Shown here one piece after another: positions 41,874-54,965 of a stretch of 64,000 nucleotides of DNA (position 1 is the stretch's first letter; every line of letters starts with the position of its first letter). Under the pieces are notes generated by a model. That model saw only the letters and a list, made by a program, of their open reading frames with translations. It searched no databases and was not told the DNA's origin. The translations under genes and the position numbers were made by a program. Location of the stretch: the IMG/VR virus record IMGVR_UViG_3300012988_000001, positions 186,001 to 250,000 of that record; one strand, given 5' to 3'.

Positions 41874-42033
41874 GAAACTCAAAGAGAATGCTTCTTCTGG
41901 AGCAACAAGTGCAGGTAATATTGCATCTGTTAGTTCTGGATTACACTTTCCACTTCTAAAACGATTACCAGCGACAAACATCTTTGGTGGTTACACAGAA
42001 GTTAAAATGAAGGACAAGAAGGATAAAGAATGA
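41866..42033 (+). CDS. 55-aa protein mimicking mature capsid N-terminus
   Basis: GGAGG SD, overlaps both neighbours; MSKKLKENASSGATSAGNIASV...; below ORF-track cutoff. Confidence 0.8.
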   Translation: MSKKLKENASSGATSAGNIASVSSGLHFPLLKRLPATNIFGGYTEVKMKDKKDKE

Positions 42034-42431
42034 AACCATACACTTTTTACACGATTAATACGATTGTGGATATTGGTGATGGTAGTACTCCCGCAATAAT
42101 CGACGGAAAATTCACTGGTGCAATGAACCTATCAAGGATTGTTGATTCAGTAATGGAATACGATTATCCAATGATGGTAAGCGTAGTTAAAGATGAAGTT
42201 GATTTGTCCAAAGGGAATAATTCTGAATTTTATGGTTTACCTGCTTCGTGGGGTAAATGCATTGTAAGTACTTTCAAGTTCGCATTACCAGTTGATGTTC
42301 ATATCAACGTAAATGGAATACCATTAGTACTTCCAACTACTGTTAACAAAACCAGAATCACACGATTCAATATGGTTTCGTCAACTCGAAATCTTAGTAT
42401 TAGTAAACAGACATTTACTGTTTCTAAATAA
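42030..42431 (+). CDS. hypothetical, probably structural
   Basis: 133 aa; ATGA coupling. Confidence 0.6.
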   Translation: MKPYTFYTINTIVDIGDGSTPAIIDGKFTGAMNLSRIVDSVMEYDYPMMVSVVKDEVDLSKGNNSEFYGLPASWGKCIVSTFKFALPVDVHINVNGIPLVLPTTVNKTRITRFNMVSSTRNLSISKQTFTVSK

Positions 42432-42455
42432 ACAATGTTCTAATAGGAAATACAA

Positions 42456-43391
42456 ATGGATATTCAACAAACCGCAACGGAATTGCAAAAGTTCGCTGAT
42501 GCGAATGGTTTGCAGATGGATGTAACTCCAGTTTTAGATAGTATGGATGCAGGTGATTACGTATCACTTAATCAAGCTATGGATAATTCTGACAATAGAA
42601 GCATTCTATCAATTTTACAAAAATATAAATCCAGAACTCATGAGAGTTATGGTCACTTTGGTGCAAACTTAATCACTGAAGATGAAAGTATCAATATTGT
42701 AAACGATATGGGAACAGATGAACTCATTGAACATTACAATACAATCGAAGGTATGATTCACGGTACTGAACACTTGACATTACAAGAGCTAAAAACTATT
42801 GTATATGAAGATTTAATGTCCAACTTACGTGCCAATCAAATTGTTGGTCGTAATACCACCACACAACAGCAACAAGTAAACCCACAAACACAGGCTAAAG
42901 TTAAGCAAGCTGATATTCAGCGTAATGCCAACAACTCTGCGTTTAAAGTTTCAGTACCGGGTAATCAACAGGGTACTCAGCAAATTGAGCCAGTTGTGGG
43001 TATTGATCCGGGACCAACATCTCAACAAACTTTAGTCGTTACTAAAGACCAAGATCAACCAAATCAATTGGGTGTTTATAGTTTAGATGATGTTGAAACT
43101 GTTCAACAACAGGGTCAGACTAATATTAAAGAAGAACTTTCACCACAAGAAGCTAATGACGAAGTAATGGGTCCACCATCAGGTCATGATAATATTGGTG
43201 GCGGTCCAAGTACTTTTTCAAATACTGCTGCTGGAATGGGTGAAATTCGTCAAGCAATTGATAATGCAGTTAGTTCTAATGTCGAAGATGTAAGTGGTGA
43301 ACAAAGCCCTCTCGGTAATGACGCAACACAAGCAGGTGATGATATGATTGACCAAATTATTGATTTCTGCACACGCATGAGAGGAAGATAA
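42456..43391 (+). CDS. hypothetical Q/N-rich protein, probably head-associated
   Basis: 311 aa; ITE/IKE sites. Confidence 0.6.
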   Translation: MDIQQTATELQKFADANGLQMDVTPVLDSMDAGDYVSLNQAMDNSDNRSILSILQKYKSRTHESYGHFGANLITEDESINIVNDMGTDELIEHYNTIEGMIHGTEHLTLQELKTIVYEDLMSNLRANQIVGRNTTTQQQQVNPQTQAKVKQADIQRNANNSAFKVSVPGNQQGTQQIEPVVGIDPGPTSQQTLVVTKDQDQPNQLGVYSLDDVETVQQQGQTNIKEELSPQEANDEVMGPPSGHDNIGGGPSTFSNTAAGMGEIRQAIDNAVSSNVEDVSGEQSPLGNDATQAGDDMIDQIIDFCTRMRGR

Positions 43392-43606
43392 TGAGACTAG
43401 CCAAAAACGAACATGGCTTTTCTGTAATTATATCCAACGAAGAGTATAGAGTACTTCGTAAAATCAAATCTATGGGGCGGGTTAAAGTTGAACTCGTCCC
43501 CGATTACTATCAAGAATTGGCTGAAAAATTAGTCTCTCGTGGTGTTCTAAATAAAGTAGAATTCGATGAAGAAGAATATTATACACCAGTTAAGGAGAAG
43601 AAATGA
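43391..43606 (+). CDS. hypothetical protein
   Basis: 71 aa, GAGG SD. Confidence 0.6.
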   Translation: MRLAKNEHGFSVIISNEEYRVLRKIKSMGRVKVELVPDYYQELAEKLVSRGVLNKVEFDEEEYYTPVKEKK

Positions 43607-44364
43607 TTGAACGTAATGAAGTAAACGCTTTTGCTGATATATTAGGTTCTTTAAACGATATTGAAGAAGGGACTAATGTAGCTGGACCATCACAACAACA
43701 GTTTGATGCTACCAAGAATTTATTACATAGTCTTAATGATATTGGATTATCCTATGGGAATCTAACAACTCCAGAAAATGCTGTGCCTGATAACATCAAA
43801 TCCATTCCAGTAAATGAAGGATATCAATATGATGATTGGGAAGCACAAGAACAATTAGATAGTATCTATGGTCAAATTCCCGGTGAAAATGGAATTGATT
43901 ATGGTTACTCTGCACCTAAAGTAACACATGTGCATAATATGAATACACAATCTTCTTATGTTCCAACTGGAACTCCAAGTTCTAATTGGTCATTGGTTGA
44001 AAGTATTGTAGAAGGTACTAAGAGTACTAAAATATATTCTATTAAATCAAACCATAGTGGTCAAAAAATTATGGATGGTATCATGATGTATGAAGCAGCT
44101 TTTGCTCTCACTAAATTACTTAATGAGGGTAAGATGATAACTGATACTAAAATTCTTGGTATTATAAGTTCTGGTTTGCAATATACTTCAGTAGTTAATG
44201 AAGGTATTAAAGCAGCGAAAGACCGCAATAAGGTTCTAAAAGAATCACGCTATGATGATGCAAAAGATTTAGATATAATCATTGCTGAAAAGAAAGCGGA
44301 AGCGTACAAGTTGAAAGAACGAGTACTAACCTTTTTGAAGAAAGAAGGTTACATTAGTAAATAA
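43603..44364 (+). CDS. hypothetical, probably head-associated
   Basis: 253 aa; multiple (L/I/V)xE sites. Confidence 0.6.
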   Translation: MIERNEVNAFADILGSLNDIEEGTNVAGPSQQQFDATKNLLHSLNDIGLSYGNLTTPENAVPDNIKSIPVNEGYQYDDWEAQEQLDSIYGQIPGENGIDYGYSAPKVTHVHNMNTQSSYVPTGTPSSNWSLVESIVEGTKSTKIYSIKSNHSGQKIMDGIMMYEAAFALTKLLNEGKMITDTKILGIISSGLQYTSVVNEGIKAAKDRNKVLKESRYDDAKDLDIIIAEKKAEAYKLKERVLTFLKKEGYISK

Positions 44365-44393
44365 ATGGAATTACTCTTATAAGGAAATGAGAA

Positions 44394-45038
44394 ATGTCTA
44401 AACAATTCAAAAAAATGATGGAATCTGAGACTAAAGCTGATGCAATGACTTTCATTCAGTTGACAGAATCCAATATCGAAAAAGCAGAAATCGTACTTGC
44501 TGTTAAGGGCGAAATCGTAGATAAACTACAGCGTCAAGCTGAAGTAATTAATAACATGGGTGTTGACGTATTAGGTCCACTACTTGATCGTATTAAAGCA
44601 GAACATGGTGTTGAACATGCTGATGCATTCCGTAATAACATTAGTGGTCTACTTGATCATACTGTTAAAACTCTAATGGATGTTAAGGACAAAATCAGTA
44701 CTGAAACTCTAAAACTAACTGGTGATATTACCAGTGCTCCCGAAATCTCTGATATCGGTGGTACTGATGCTGGTCTAGGTGGTACTGAAGATGTATCAAT
44801 GGATATTGATTCTCCAGATTTTGATTTTGAAGCAGATGCTGATTTTAACGATGATATGGTAGAGCCAGTTCCCGCTGAACGTGAAATGCGTGAAAGCGTT
44901 AAACCACGTATCGGTGTTAAAATGGAAAGCCACAAAGGTACTGTAGGTACTAAATTCTTTGAGTCCAAGACTGAAATGAAGCAATGGCTAACTGAAAACG
45001 AATCCAAAGTAAAACGTGTAATTAAAATCATCAAATAA
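44394..45038 (+). CDS. hypothetical, probably prohead core-associated
   Basis: 214 aa; MMES/LTES/MRES sites; high codon bias. Confidence 0.6.
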   Translation: MSKQFKKMMESETKADAMTFIQLTESNIEKAEIVLAVKGEIVDKLQRQAEVINNMGVDVLGPLLDRIKAEHGVEHADAFRNNISGLLDHTVKTLMDVKDKISTETLKLTGDITSAPEISDIGGTDAGLGGTEDVSMDIDSPDFDFEADADFNDDMVEPVPAEREMRESVKPRIGVKMESHKGTVGTKFFESKTEMKQWLTENESKVKRVIKIIK

Positions 45039-45047
45039 GGTTAGAGT

Positions 45048-45374
45048 ATGAGATTCAGTGAATTAACTGAAGATGCTCCATCGAAAGACATTCGCAACAT
45101 GATTATGAGTATTGCTCTATCTCTTGTTGCGACTGGTCGTGAAAATGTTAGTGTTCAATCCTTAATTAGTGAAATTAAGAAACGTACTAATATTGATGTA
45201 CCGTACAATGTGATGATGGACATTTTGAATGAACTACCATTCGTGTCAGATGCTAATTCTGATATGGTAACATTCAATGGTGCTGATGATAGCACCAGCG
45301 AAGAGGGTGAGAGTTCAGAAGAAGTCGTATCAGATATGGCTACAAAAGCTGCAAGCAGCAACATGAAACAATAA
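45048..45374 (+). CDS. hypothetical protein
   Basis: 108 aa; MRFSELTE start. Confidence 0.6.
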   Translation: MRFSELTEDAPSKDIRNMIMSIALSLVATGRENVSVQSLISEIKKRTNIDVPYNVMMDILNELPFVSDANSDMVTFNGADDSTSEEGESSEEVVSDMATKAASSNMKQ

Positions 45375-45377
45375 AAC

Positions 45378-45408
45378 TTGAGACAAAACAGAAATAATGT
45401 GCTATAAT
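45378..45408 (+). promoter_or_regulatory. phage TTGGGACA-class promoter
   Basis: TTGAGACA...TGTGCTATAAT. Confidence 0.8.
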
Positions 45409-45421
45409 AGGAGTACAACGG

Positions 45422-46129
45422 ATGTACATACCACCTATGACGAATCGGTACACTTATCTCGGTTATGATCGTATTGAGGGCGGCCCAGAAGGTCGCCTTT
45501 ATTCTACTCCAACCGGGAACCTACCGTCAGTTACAACCATCTTGAGTGCAACCTCAGATGATGAAGGATTAAAACAGTGGCGAGCATTCGTCGGAGATGC
45601 GAAAGCAGATGAAATCGTACAAGAAGCCTGTACCATTGGTACATTCATGCACGAGAATCTAGAACGAAGATTGATTGGGGATGAAGATCATATGGGTGGA
45701 ATGCCTATACGAGTACTAGCCCGTAAAATGGCAGATTGTGTTCAAGCGAACGCATGGCCTAAAATCAATGAAGTATGGGGTCAAGAAGTTCCTTTATTCT
45801 ACGAAGGACTTTGGGCTGGTACTACCGACTTAGTTGGAGTACATGATGGCATTCCAACAATAATGGACTATAAGAACTCTCGTAAACCAAAGAAATGGGA
45901 TAAGATTGAGAATTACCGATTGCAATGTGCAGCATATGCATTAGCACATAATCAAATGTTCGGTACTAATATCAATCGAGGTGTTATTTTTATTTGTGTC
46001 AGAGATGATCCAAATAATTTAAAATACCAAGAATTCGTTATTGAAGGTCAGGATTTTGAAGATGCAAAAGCTGGCTGGATTGCACGTGTTGAACAATACT
46101 ATATTATGAGAGGCGACATACAAGAATGA
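45422..46129 (+). CDS. PD-(D/E)xK exonuclease (lambda-exo/Cas4-like fold)
   Basis: LPSVTTIL, GTFMH, GTTDL..IMDYK, LQCAAY. Confidence 0.88.
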   Translation: MYIPPMTNRYTYLGYDRIEGGPEGRLYSTPTGNLPSVTTILSATSDDEGLKQWRAFVGDAKADEIVQEACTIGTFMHENLERRLIGDEDHMGGMPIRVLARKMADCVQANAWPKINEVWGQEVPLFYEGLWAGTTDLVGVHDGIPTIMDYKNSRKPKKWDKIENYRLQCAAYALAHNQMFGTNINRGVIFICVRDDPNNLKYQEFVIEGQDFEDAKAGWIARVEQYYIMRGDIQE

Positions 46130-46683
46130 ATAGAGCAATGAAAGAAGATATTTTTACAATTAAAGCACTAGAAAGTAAAGGCTATGTGATGGATGAACTA
46201 ATCCTACTAAGCGAAGAAGAACTAGATGCACTACCAATTTCACAACGTCTAATTGATGGCGTTAAAACAGTAAAAGCACGTGGTGGTAAATCCGCTGCTG
46301 AGATCGCTGAAGTACTAGCAGATCTAATGACAGAAGATGTTACAAGTTCAGTTGAAGTAAATGTGGAAGCAGTTGCTGAAGTTTATGAAACGAATACTGA
46401 AGAACATATTATTGTACAAGAAGAAATTCAACAGGAAGTCATCGTTGAAGAAGTACAAGAAGATGAAGTTGTAATCGTTCGAGTAGAATCAGATAAAGCT
46501 GATGTTGAAACAATTGTACAAGTTCTAGATACTAAATCTTACAAGTCATTCCAACCATACATCAAACTCCTACAAGCTGAAGTTCCTAAACCAATTCTTG
46601 ATGCAGTTGATAGTACTCTAATCTCTGAGCTAATCGAGAAACGTATTTCAGTGGTTAAAGCTGAAGCAAAAAACGCTAAATAA
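46126..46683 (+). CDS. hypothetical acidic protein
   Basis: 185 aa ORF. Confidence 0.6.
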   Translation: MNRAMKEDIFTIKALESKGYVMDELILLSEEELDALPISQRLIDGVKTVKARGGKSAAEIAEVLADLMTEDVTSSVEVNVEAVAEVYETNTEEHIIVQEEIQQEVIVEEVQEDEVVIVRVESDKADVETIVQVLDTKSYKSFQPYIKLLQAEVPKPILDAVDSTLISELIEKRISVVKAEAKNAK

Positions 46684-46710
46684 TCCTATAATAATCTAGG
46701 AGATTTAGTT

Positions 46711-47283
46711 ATGGCACAAAAACAAATTGCCTTACAACAAGTTCGCTCTGGTAAACAACGTGATTTACCAGATGCACTTGCGAAAGGCCAAATAGGTTTC
46801 AGTACTGACGTAGGTCGTGTATTCATTGGTTTACCTAGTTCATCAGAACCCGCTTCTATTGTTGCGGGTCGTAATTGGACTAACGCACCGAATAGCGGCA
46901 AAGAAAACGTAGAAATCATTACTGAGTTCACACCGTGGGAAATTATTAACGGTATCGTTAACAAACCCAATATTCTACCACTACCAGCAAACACAGTAAC
47001 TACCACTACTGTTCGTACAACGTCACGAGCGTTTATCGAATATATTGCATATGATAGTAACCAACTATTAGAAACTGGAAGTGTACAGATTGTGGCATTT
47101 AACACAACACGTGTTTTAATTTCACAACAGAATAATACTAATAAAGCTGATGGAATTGTTGCATTAGATTTTCAACAACCATCATACGACACTGCTACAA
47201 AACGTCTTACTATTTCAATTAGTAATAGAAGTTCTAGCAATATCACACTTGAATTTGTTATGAGAGGGTGGGACGAGCAATAA
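46711..47283 (+). CDS. probable tail/baseplate structural protein
   Basis: QVRSG...LAKGQIGFSTDVGRVFIG is typical of fibre-anchor N-termini. Confidence 0.55.
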   Translation: MAQKQIALQQVRSGKQRDLPDALAKGQIGFSTDVGRVFIGLPSSSEPASIVAGRNWTNAPNSGKENVEIITEFTPWEIINGIVNKPNILPLPANTVTTTTVRTTSRAFIEYIAYDSNQLLETGSVQIVAFNTTRVLISQQNNTNKADGIVALDFQQPSYDTATKRLTISISNRSSSNITLEFVMRGWDEQ

Positions 47284-47303
47284 AAGGCGAATCCCGCCTT
47301 TTT
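47282..47303 (+). terminator. intrinsic terminator
   Basis: AAAAGGCG-N5-CGCCTTTTT. Confidence 0.75.
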
Positions 47304-47349
47304 ATTCCCCCTAAATACGAAACTAAAATAATTAACACAAGGAAGTCAA

Positions 47350-49677
47350 ATGTTCAACGTTACTAAACGTAGTGGTGCAAAGGAAGCACTTAATCTAGAA
47401 AAAATTCACCAAATTCTATTTTTCGCATGTGAAGGTTTAAGCGGTGTTTCCGTTTCTGAAATCGAAGTTCGAGCAAAACTACAATTCTTTGAAGGAATTG
47501 AAACTAATGCGATTCATGATATTCTAATCAAAGCAGCTTCTGAACTAATTTCAGTTGATGCCCCTAACTACCAATACGTTGCTGGTCGTCTTATAAATTA
47601 CTCACTACGTAAAACCGTATATGGTAATTATGAACCTACTAAATTCTCCACACATGTCCAAGACATGGTTGACCGTGAACTATATGATCCAGAAATTCTT
47701 GAAAAGTATTCATTACTTGAAATTGAAGAAATGGGAAAATATATCAAACACAAACGTGATGACAAGTTTACCTTTGTTGCAATGAAACAATGGGAAGGAA
47801 AATACCTTGTCAAGAACCGCGTAAGTAAAAAAATCTTCGAAACTCCACAAATGGCTTACATGATGATTGCAGCAATTGTATTCATGGAGTATAATAAAGA
47901 AGAACGTATGAGCTATGTTAAACGCTTCTACGATTCAATCAGTAATTTTGATATTAGTCTTCCAACCCCAATCATGGCTGGATTACGTACTAATACACGC
48001 CAGTTTAGCTCCTGTGTGGTACTAAACGTTGGTGACAGTCTTGACAGTATCGGTGCAGCAAACCACGCTATCCTACGTTATATTTCCCGGAAAGCAGGTC
48101 TTGGTATTAACTACGGGCGTGTTCGTGCATTAGATTCTGAAATCCGTGGTGGTGACGCAGTACATACAGGTTTGATTCCATTCCTTTCAGCAAGTACTAA
48201 AACCGTTAAATCATGTTCACAAGGTGGCGTTCGTGGTGGTGCAGCAACTATTCACTTCCCACTATGGCATCTAGAATTTGAAAACCTTGTAGTACTAAAG
48301 AATAACAAAGGAACTGAATTTAACCGTGTTCGTCAAAGTGACTATTGCTTCCAAGTAAACAAACTTCTTTATGAACGTCTAACTAAACGTGGAAACATTA
48401 CTTTCTTCTCGCCGTCAGATGTACCGGGTCTATATGATGCATTCTGTGCTGATCAAAAAGAATTCAAACGTCTTTATGAAAAATATGAAGCTGATAGTAG
48501 TATTCGTAAGAAATCAGTACCAGCTATTGATGTGTTTACTAGCCTAATGCAACAACGTGCAGAAACGGGTCGTATCTATATTCAGAATATCGATTTAACT
48601 AATGAACATTCAACATTCAAACCAGATTTAGCACCAATTGAGCAAAGTAATCTATGCCAAGAAATCGCACTACCATCTGTTCCTTTTGATGATGTAAACA
48701 GTGGCGAAGATGGACTAATCAGCCTTTGTACTCTAAGTGCAATCAACTGGGGTAACTTTGACAAACCAGAAGATATGGAAAATGCTTGTGATCTAGCTAT
48801 TCGTGCATTAGACTCCTTACTAGATTATCAAGACTACCCCGTAATCCACGCAGAACGAGCCACACGAGCTTATCGACCATTAGGCGTGGGAATCATCAAC
48901 CTTGCGTATTTCCTCGCTAAACGCGGCCTACGTTACGATGATGGAGCTTTAGCAACCATCAATACATGGGCTGAAGCATGGTCTTACTACCTAATCAAGT
49001 CTTCTGTGCAGTTGGCTAAAGAGAAAGGCAAATGTGAATGGTTTGACAAACTAAAATACGCCGATGGTGTACTTCCAATCGATACATACAAAAAGTCAGT
49101 TGACGAACTAGTAGGTACTGAACTAAAAATGGATTGGGAAACTCTACGTGCAGATATTGCGAAATACGGCATTCGTAACGCAACAACAATGGCACTAATG
49201 CCAGCAGAAACCAGTGCACAGATTAGTAATAGTACTAACGGCATTGAACCACCTCGTAGTCTTGTTTCTGTGAAAGCATCTAAAGATGGTATCCTAAAAC
49301 AAGTTGTTCCTGAGATTGGGAAATTGAAGAACAAATACACACTACTATGGGAACAAACCGACAACTCTGGTTATATTAAAATCTGTGGTGTACTACAGAA
49401 ATATATTGATCAAAGTATTAGTGCTAATACCAGTTACAACCCTGAACATCACCCAGATAATAAACTACCAATGAGTCTTCTACTTAAAGAACTTTTAACC
49501 TGCTATAAGTATGGTCTAAAGAATCTTTATTATATGAACACAAATGATGGTAGTGGTGAAATTGATATTGAAGCACTCGAAAAAGAATTAGCCAAACAAG
49601 AACACGAAAGTACAGAAGGTGGATTTATTCTACCAGATCTACCTGAAGAAGAAGATTGTGAAAGCTGCAAGATCTAA
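47350..49677 (+). CDS. nrdA: class Ia ribonucleotide reductase alpha
   Basis: ATP cone, PTP..AG, SSC, QSNLCQE, C-terminal CESC. Confidence 0.98.
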   Translation: MFNVTKRSGAKEALNLEKIHQILFFACEGLSGVSVSEIEVRAKLQFFEGIETNAIHDILIKAASELISVDAPNYQYVAGRLINYSLRKTVYGNYEPTKFSTHVQDMVDRELYDPEILEKYSLLEIEEMGKYIKHKRDDKFTFVAMKQWEGKYLVKNRVSKKIFETPQMAYMMIAAIVFMEYNKEERMSYVKRFYDSISNFDISLPTPIMAGLRTNTRQFSSCVVLNVGDSLDSIGAANHAILRYISRKAGLGINYGRVRALDSEIRGGDAVHTGLIPFLSASTKTVKSCSQGGVRGGAATIHFPLWHLEFENLVVLKNNKGTEFNRVRQSDYCFQVNKLLYERLTKRGNITFFSPSDVPGLYDAFCADQKEFKRLYEKYEADSSIRKKSVPAIDVFTSLMQQRAETGRIYIQNIDLTNEHSTFKPDLAPIEQSNLCQEIALPSVPFDDVNSGEDGLISLCTLSAINWGNFDKPEDMENACDLAIRALDSLLDYQDYPVIHAERATRAYRPLGVGIINLAYFLAKRGLRYDDGALATINTWAEAWSYYLIKSSVQLAKEKGKCEWFDKLKYADGVLPIDTYKKSVDELVGTELKMDWETLRADIAKYGIRNATTMALMPAETSAQISNSTNGIEPPRSLVSVKASKDGILKQVVPEIGKLKNKYTLLWEQTDNSGYIKICGVLQKYIDQSISANTSYNPEHHPDNKLPMSLLLKELLTCYKYGLKNLYYMNTNDGSGEIDIEALEKELAKQEHESTEGGFILPDLPEEEDCESCKI

Positions 49678-49684
49678 TTTAAAG

Positions 49685-49708
49685 AGTCCCACATGATGTG
49701 GGACTTTT
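49685..49708 (+). terminator. intrinsic terminator
   Basis: AGTCCCACA-tga-TGTGGGACT-TTT. Confidence 0.8.
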
Positions 49709-49743
49709 GTTTAACGGAATAAAATAATCAAAAGGAAATTGAA

Positions 49744-50868
49744 ATGTCAGTATTTAAAATTAACAATAAATCTCACTTAGAAAAGAATATGTTCTTTGAT
49801 GAGTCTGTTGATATCCAGCGTTTCGAGTCGGTGAAATACCCAGCACTAGAAAAACTAACTGAACAACAAAAAAGTTTCTTCTGGACACCAGATGAAATTG
49901 ATGTGTCTAAAGATAAAATTGACTTCGCTTCTCTTAATGTAATTGAGCAGCATATTTTCACATCAAACCTAAAACGTCAGATTCTATTGGATTCAGTACA
50001 AGGACGTGGCCCAAACCTAATGCTACTTCCTTATGCATCCCTACCAGAATTAGAGAACTTCATCGAGACTTGGGCTTTCTTTGAAGGTGCAATTCACAGT
50101 CGTTCTTATACCCACATTATTCGTAACATCTATGCTAACCCGTCAGAAGTATTTGACACTATGCTAGATATCCCTGAGATCACATCATGTGCTGAAGATA
50201 TTTCTAAGTACTACGATGATCTAGATCAATTAGGTACTCTACATAAATTACTAGGTGAAGGTACTCACACAATTAATGGTGAAACTGTTGTTGTTAGTAA
50301 CTACGAATTGAAAAAGAAGCTATGGTTATGCTTGAACAGTATTAACATTCTTGAAGGTATTCGCTTCTATGTTTCATTTGCATGTTCTTGGGCTTTCGCA
50401 GAGAACAAACTAATGGAAGGTAACGCTAAGATCATTCGTCTAATTTGCCGTGATGAGAACTTACACTTAGCAGCTACCCAAATGATGCTACGTTTACTCA
50501 AGAAAGAAGATGCAGACTTTGTTAAAATTGCAGAAGAATGCCACGACGAAGTACAACAAATGTTTATGGATGCTATTCGCCAAGAAGAAGAGTGGGCTGA
50601 CTATCTATTCAAAGATGGTTCCATTATTGGTTTGAACGCACAAATCCTTAAAGATTACATTCGTTGGATTGGTTCTAAGCGTATGGGTGCAGTGAATGTA
50701 AAATGTCCATTCAGTGTGTCTAAGAACAACCCACTACCGTGGACCCAAGATTGGATTAGCGGTTCTGATGTTCAAGTAGCACCACAAGAAACTGAAATCA
50801 GTTCTTATATTATTGGTGGTATTACCAACGACATTAAAGAAGACGAATTTAACGACTTCGAACTATAA
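49744..50868 (+). CDS. nrdB: class Ia ribonucleotide reductase beta
   Basis: FFWTPDE, LDSVQGR, IHSRSY, EGIRF, RDENLH. Confidence 0.98.
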   Translation: MSVFKINNKSHLEKNMFFDESVDIQRFESVKYPALEKLTEQQKSFFWTPDEIDVSKDKIDFASLNVIEQHIFTSNLKRQILLDSVQGRGPNLMLLPYASLPELENFIETWAFFEGAIHSRSYTHIIRNIYANPSEVFDTMLDIPEITSCAEDISKYYDDLDQLGTLHKLLGEGTHTINGETVVVSNYELKKKLWLCLNSINILEGIRFYVSFACSWAFAENKLMEGNAKIIRLICRDENLHLAATQMMLRLLKKEDADFVKIAEECHDEVQQMFMDAIRQEEEWADYLFKDGSIIGLNAQILKDYIRWIGSKRMGAVNVKCPFSVSKNNPLPWTQDWISGSDVQVAPQETEISSYIIGGITNDIKEDEFNDFEL

Positions 50869-50875
50869 GTTATAC

Positions 50876-50899
50876 GGGACGCACAAAGCGTCCCTTTTT
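50876..50899 (+). terminator. intrinsic terminator
   Basis: GGGACGC-N5-GCGTCCC-TTTTT. Confidence 0.85.
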
Positions 50900-50913
50900 C
50901 ATGGAGATTAATT

Positions 50914-51076
50914 ATGGATGATGTATTTGAGTTTTATGGTGACATAGTGTACACAATAGTACTAGAGGGTAACATTCAGCTTGTTGGGAAAGTTATCGGT
51001 ACTTTCACGAACGGCATTATGTTGGAAGACGGGACTAGAATCCCACAGGATAAAATTCTATTTTTCCGAGCGGATC

Positions 51077-51096
<20 letters not shown>
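50914..51096 (+). CDS. hypothetical protein
   Basis: 60 aa, GGAG SD. Confidence 0.55.
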
Positions 51097-51371
<275 letters not shown>

Positions 51372-51392
51372 TAAAAGTAAAGGGATTTATAA

Positions 51393-52112
51393 ATGTCTAC
51401 AGTAAAAAAACAAATGGCACAAGTTGCAAACTTCATGAAAGTTGCAGGTCAGGATACACATACTAAACAAGTTGGTGTTGGTCTTGGTGTTGCCAATCTA
51501 CGTTACAGCCTAATCACTGAAGAAATAACTGGTAAGAATGAGTTTGCATATTGTGCAGAGCGAGATGATCTTGTTGGGATGCTAGACGGTATGTGTGATA
51601 TCCTATATGTTGTATACGGTGCGGCATTAACCTTTGGTGTTTCCATTATGGAGCCAATTAATGAGAATGCTGATGAAATCACAGCACATTCTAAGGCAAA
51701 CGGAAAATTAGCACCTGCTCATATAACGGTCCGAACAATTGAAGATTTAAAATATGACGCACTAGAGTTTAAAGCTGGATATAAAGCTGGTGATTATACT
51801 AAGATTCGCACAACACTATCAAACATAGTAAAAGAAGTTTACATGTACTCGAATGAAATTCAAGTTGACCTAATTGGTGCATTTGATGAAGTACACAAAT
51901 CTAATATGAGCAAGTTTGCAAGTACTAAAGAAGAAGCGGAAGCAGCTATTGCAACTCGCCAAGCACAAGGTGATGAGAAGTACCAAAACGTATATGTCGC
52001 TGGTGTGACTGTTGAAGGTGTAGAACATTGGATGGTTAAACGTTCAGATGACCACAAAATCTTGAAGTGCTTAGGTTTCTTCGAACCAGACCTAAAGAAA
52101 TTTGTGAAATAA
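51393..52112 (+). CDS. MazG-like nucleotide pyrophosphohydrolase
   Basis: LITEE, LDGMCDILYV.YG, FDEVHKSNMSK, KILK. Confidence 0.88.
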   Translation: MSTVKKQMAQVANFMKVAGQDTHTKQVGVGLGVANLRYSLITEEITGKNEFAYCAERDDLVGMLDGMCDILYVVYGAALTFGVSIMEPINENADEITAHSKANGKLAPAHITVRTIEDLKYDALEFKAGYKAGDYTKIRTTLSNIVKEVYMYSNEIQVDLIGAFDEVHKSNMSKFASTKEEAEAAIATRQAQGDEKYQNVYVAGVTVEGVEHWMVKRSDDHKILKCLGFFEPDLKKFVK

Positions 52113-52138
52113 AAAAAAGGAGGCATGTGCCTCCTTTG

Positions 52139-52140
<2 letters not shown>
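52111..52140. terminator. bidirectional terminator
   Basis: A-run GGAGGC-atgt-GCCTCC T-run. Confidence 0.85.
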
Positions 52141-53551
<1,411 letters not shown>

Positions 53552-53584
53552 TTATGTAAGTATTTACCGTAAAACAGCAAAAAA

Positions 53585-53615
53585 CTGGGACAACAAGGAT
53601 GATATGTGATATAAT
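53585..53615 (+). promoter_or_regulatory. phage TTGGGACA-class promoter
   Basis: CTGGGACA...TGTGATATAAT. Confidence 0.8.
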
Positions 53616-54027
53616 AATAAAACCATATACTAAAGAGGAAATACCATAATGGCAATCATCGGTCACCTAATAGGCATCTGTTTCTTCGGTGCAATCGCCG
53701 CATCTGGCTTCACACTAACAGTACAAATTATGTATTGGTTGGGGGTCGCATGTATGTTCTTTGTTGCAAGCGGAAACTATTTAAACGCACAGCACGGAAT
53801 GAACAGATTATCACAAAACAAACCACTCCCCAAAGAGCTAGAAACCATTTTACCAGTACTACGCACTATGAATTTTGATGTTAAATGTGTTCATGTTCTA
53901 TTCGCAAATGTAGTACACGCTGTAATCGCTTTACAATTAGCACATGCACCAATACTAGCTGCGTTTATTATGATTGCTGCTTGTACTGGAATTGTGACTT
54001 ACCAGAAACTCAAGGAAATGATGAAAC

Positions 54028-54961
<934 letters not shown>

Positions 54962-54965
<4 letters not shown>

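Noticed and set aside
45422-46129. Cas4 / CRISPR system
   Set aside because: No array, no other cas genes and no Fe-S cysteine set; ordinary phage PD-(D/E)xK exonuclease.
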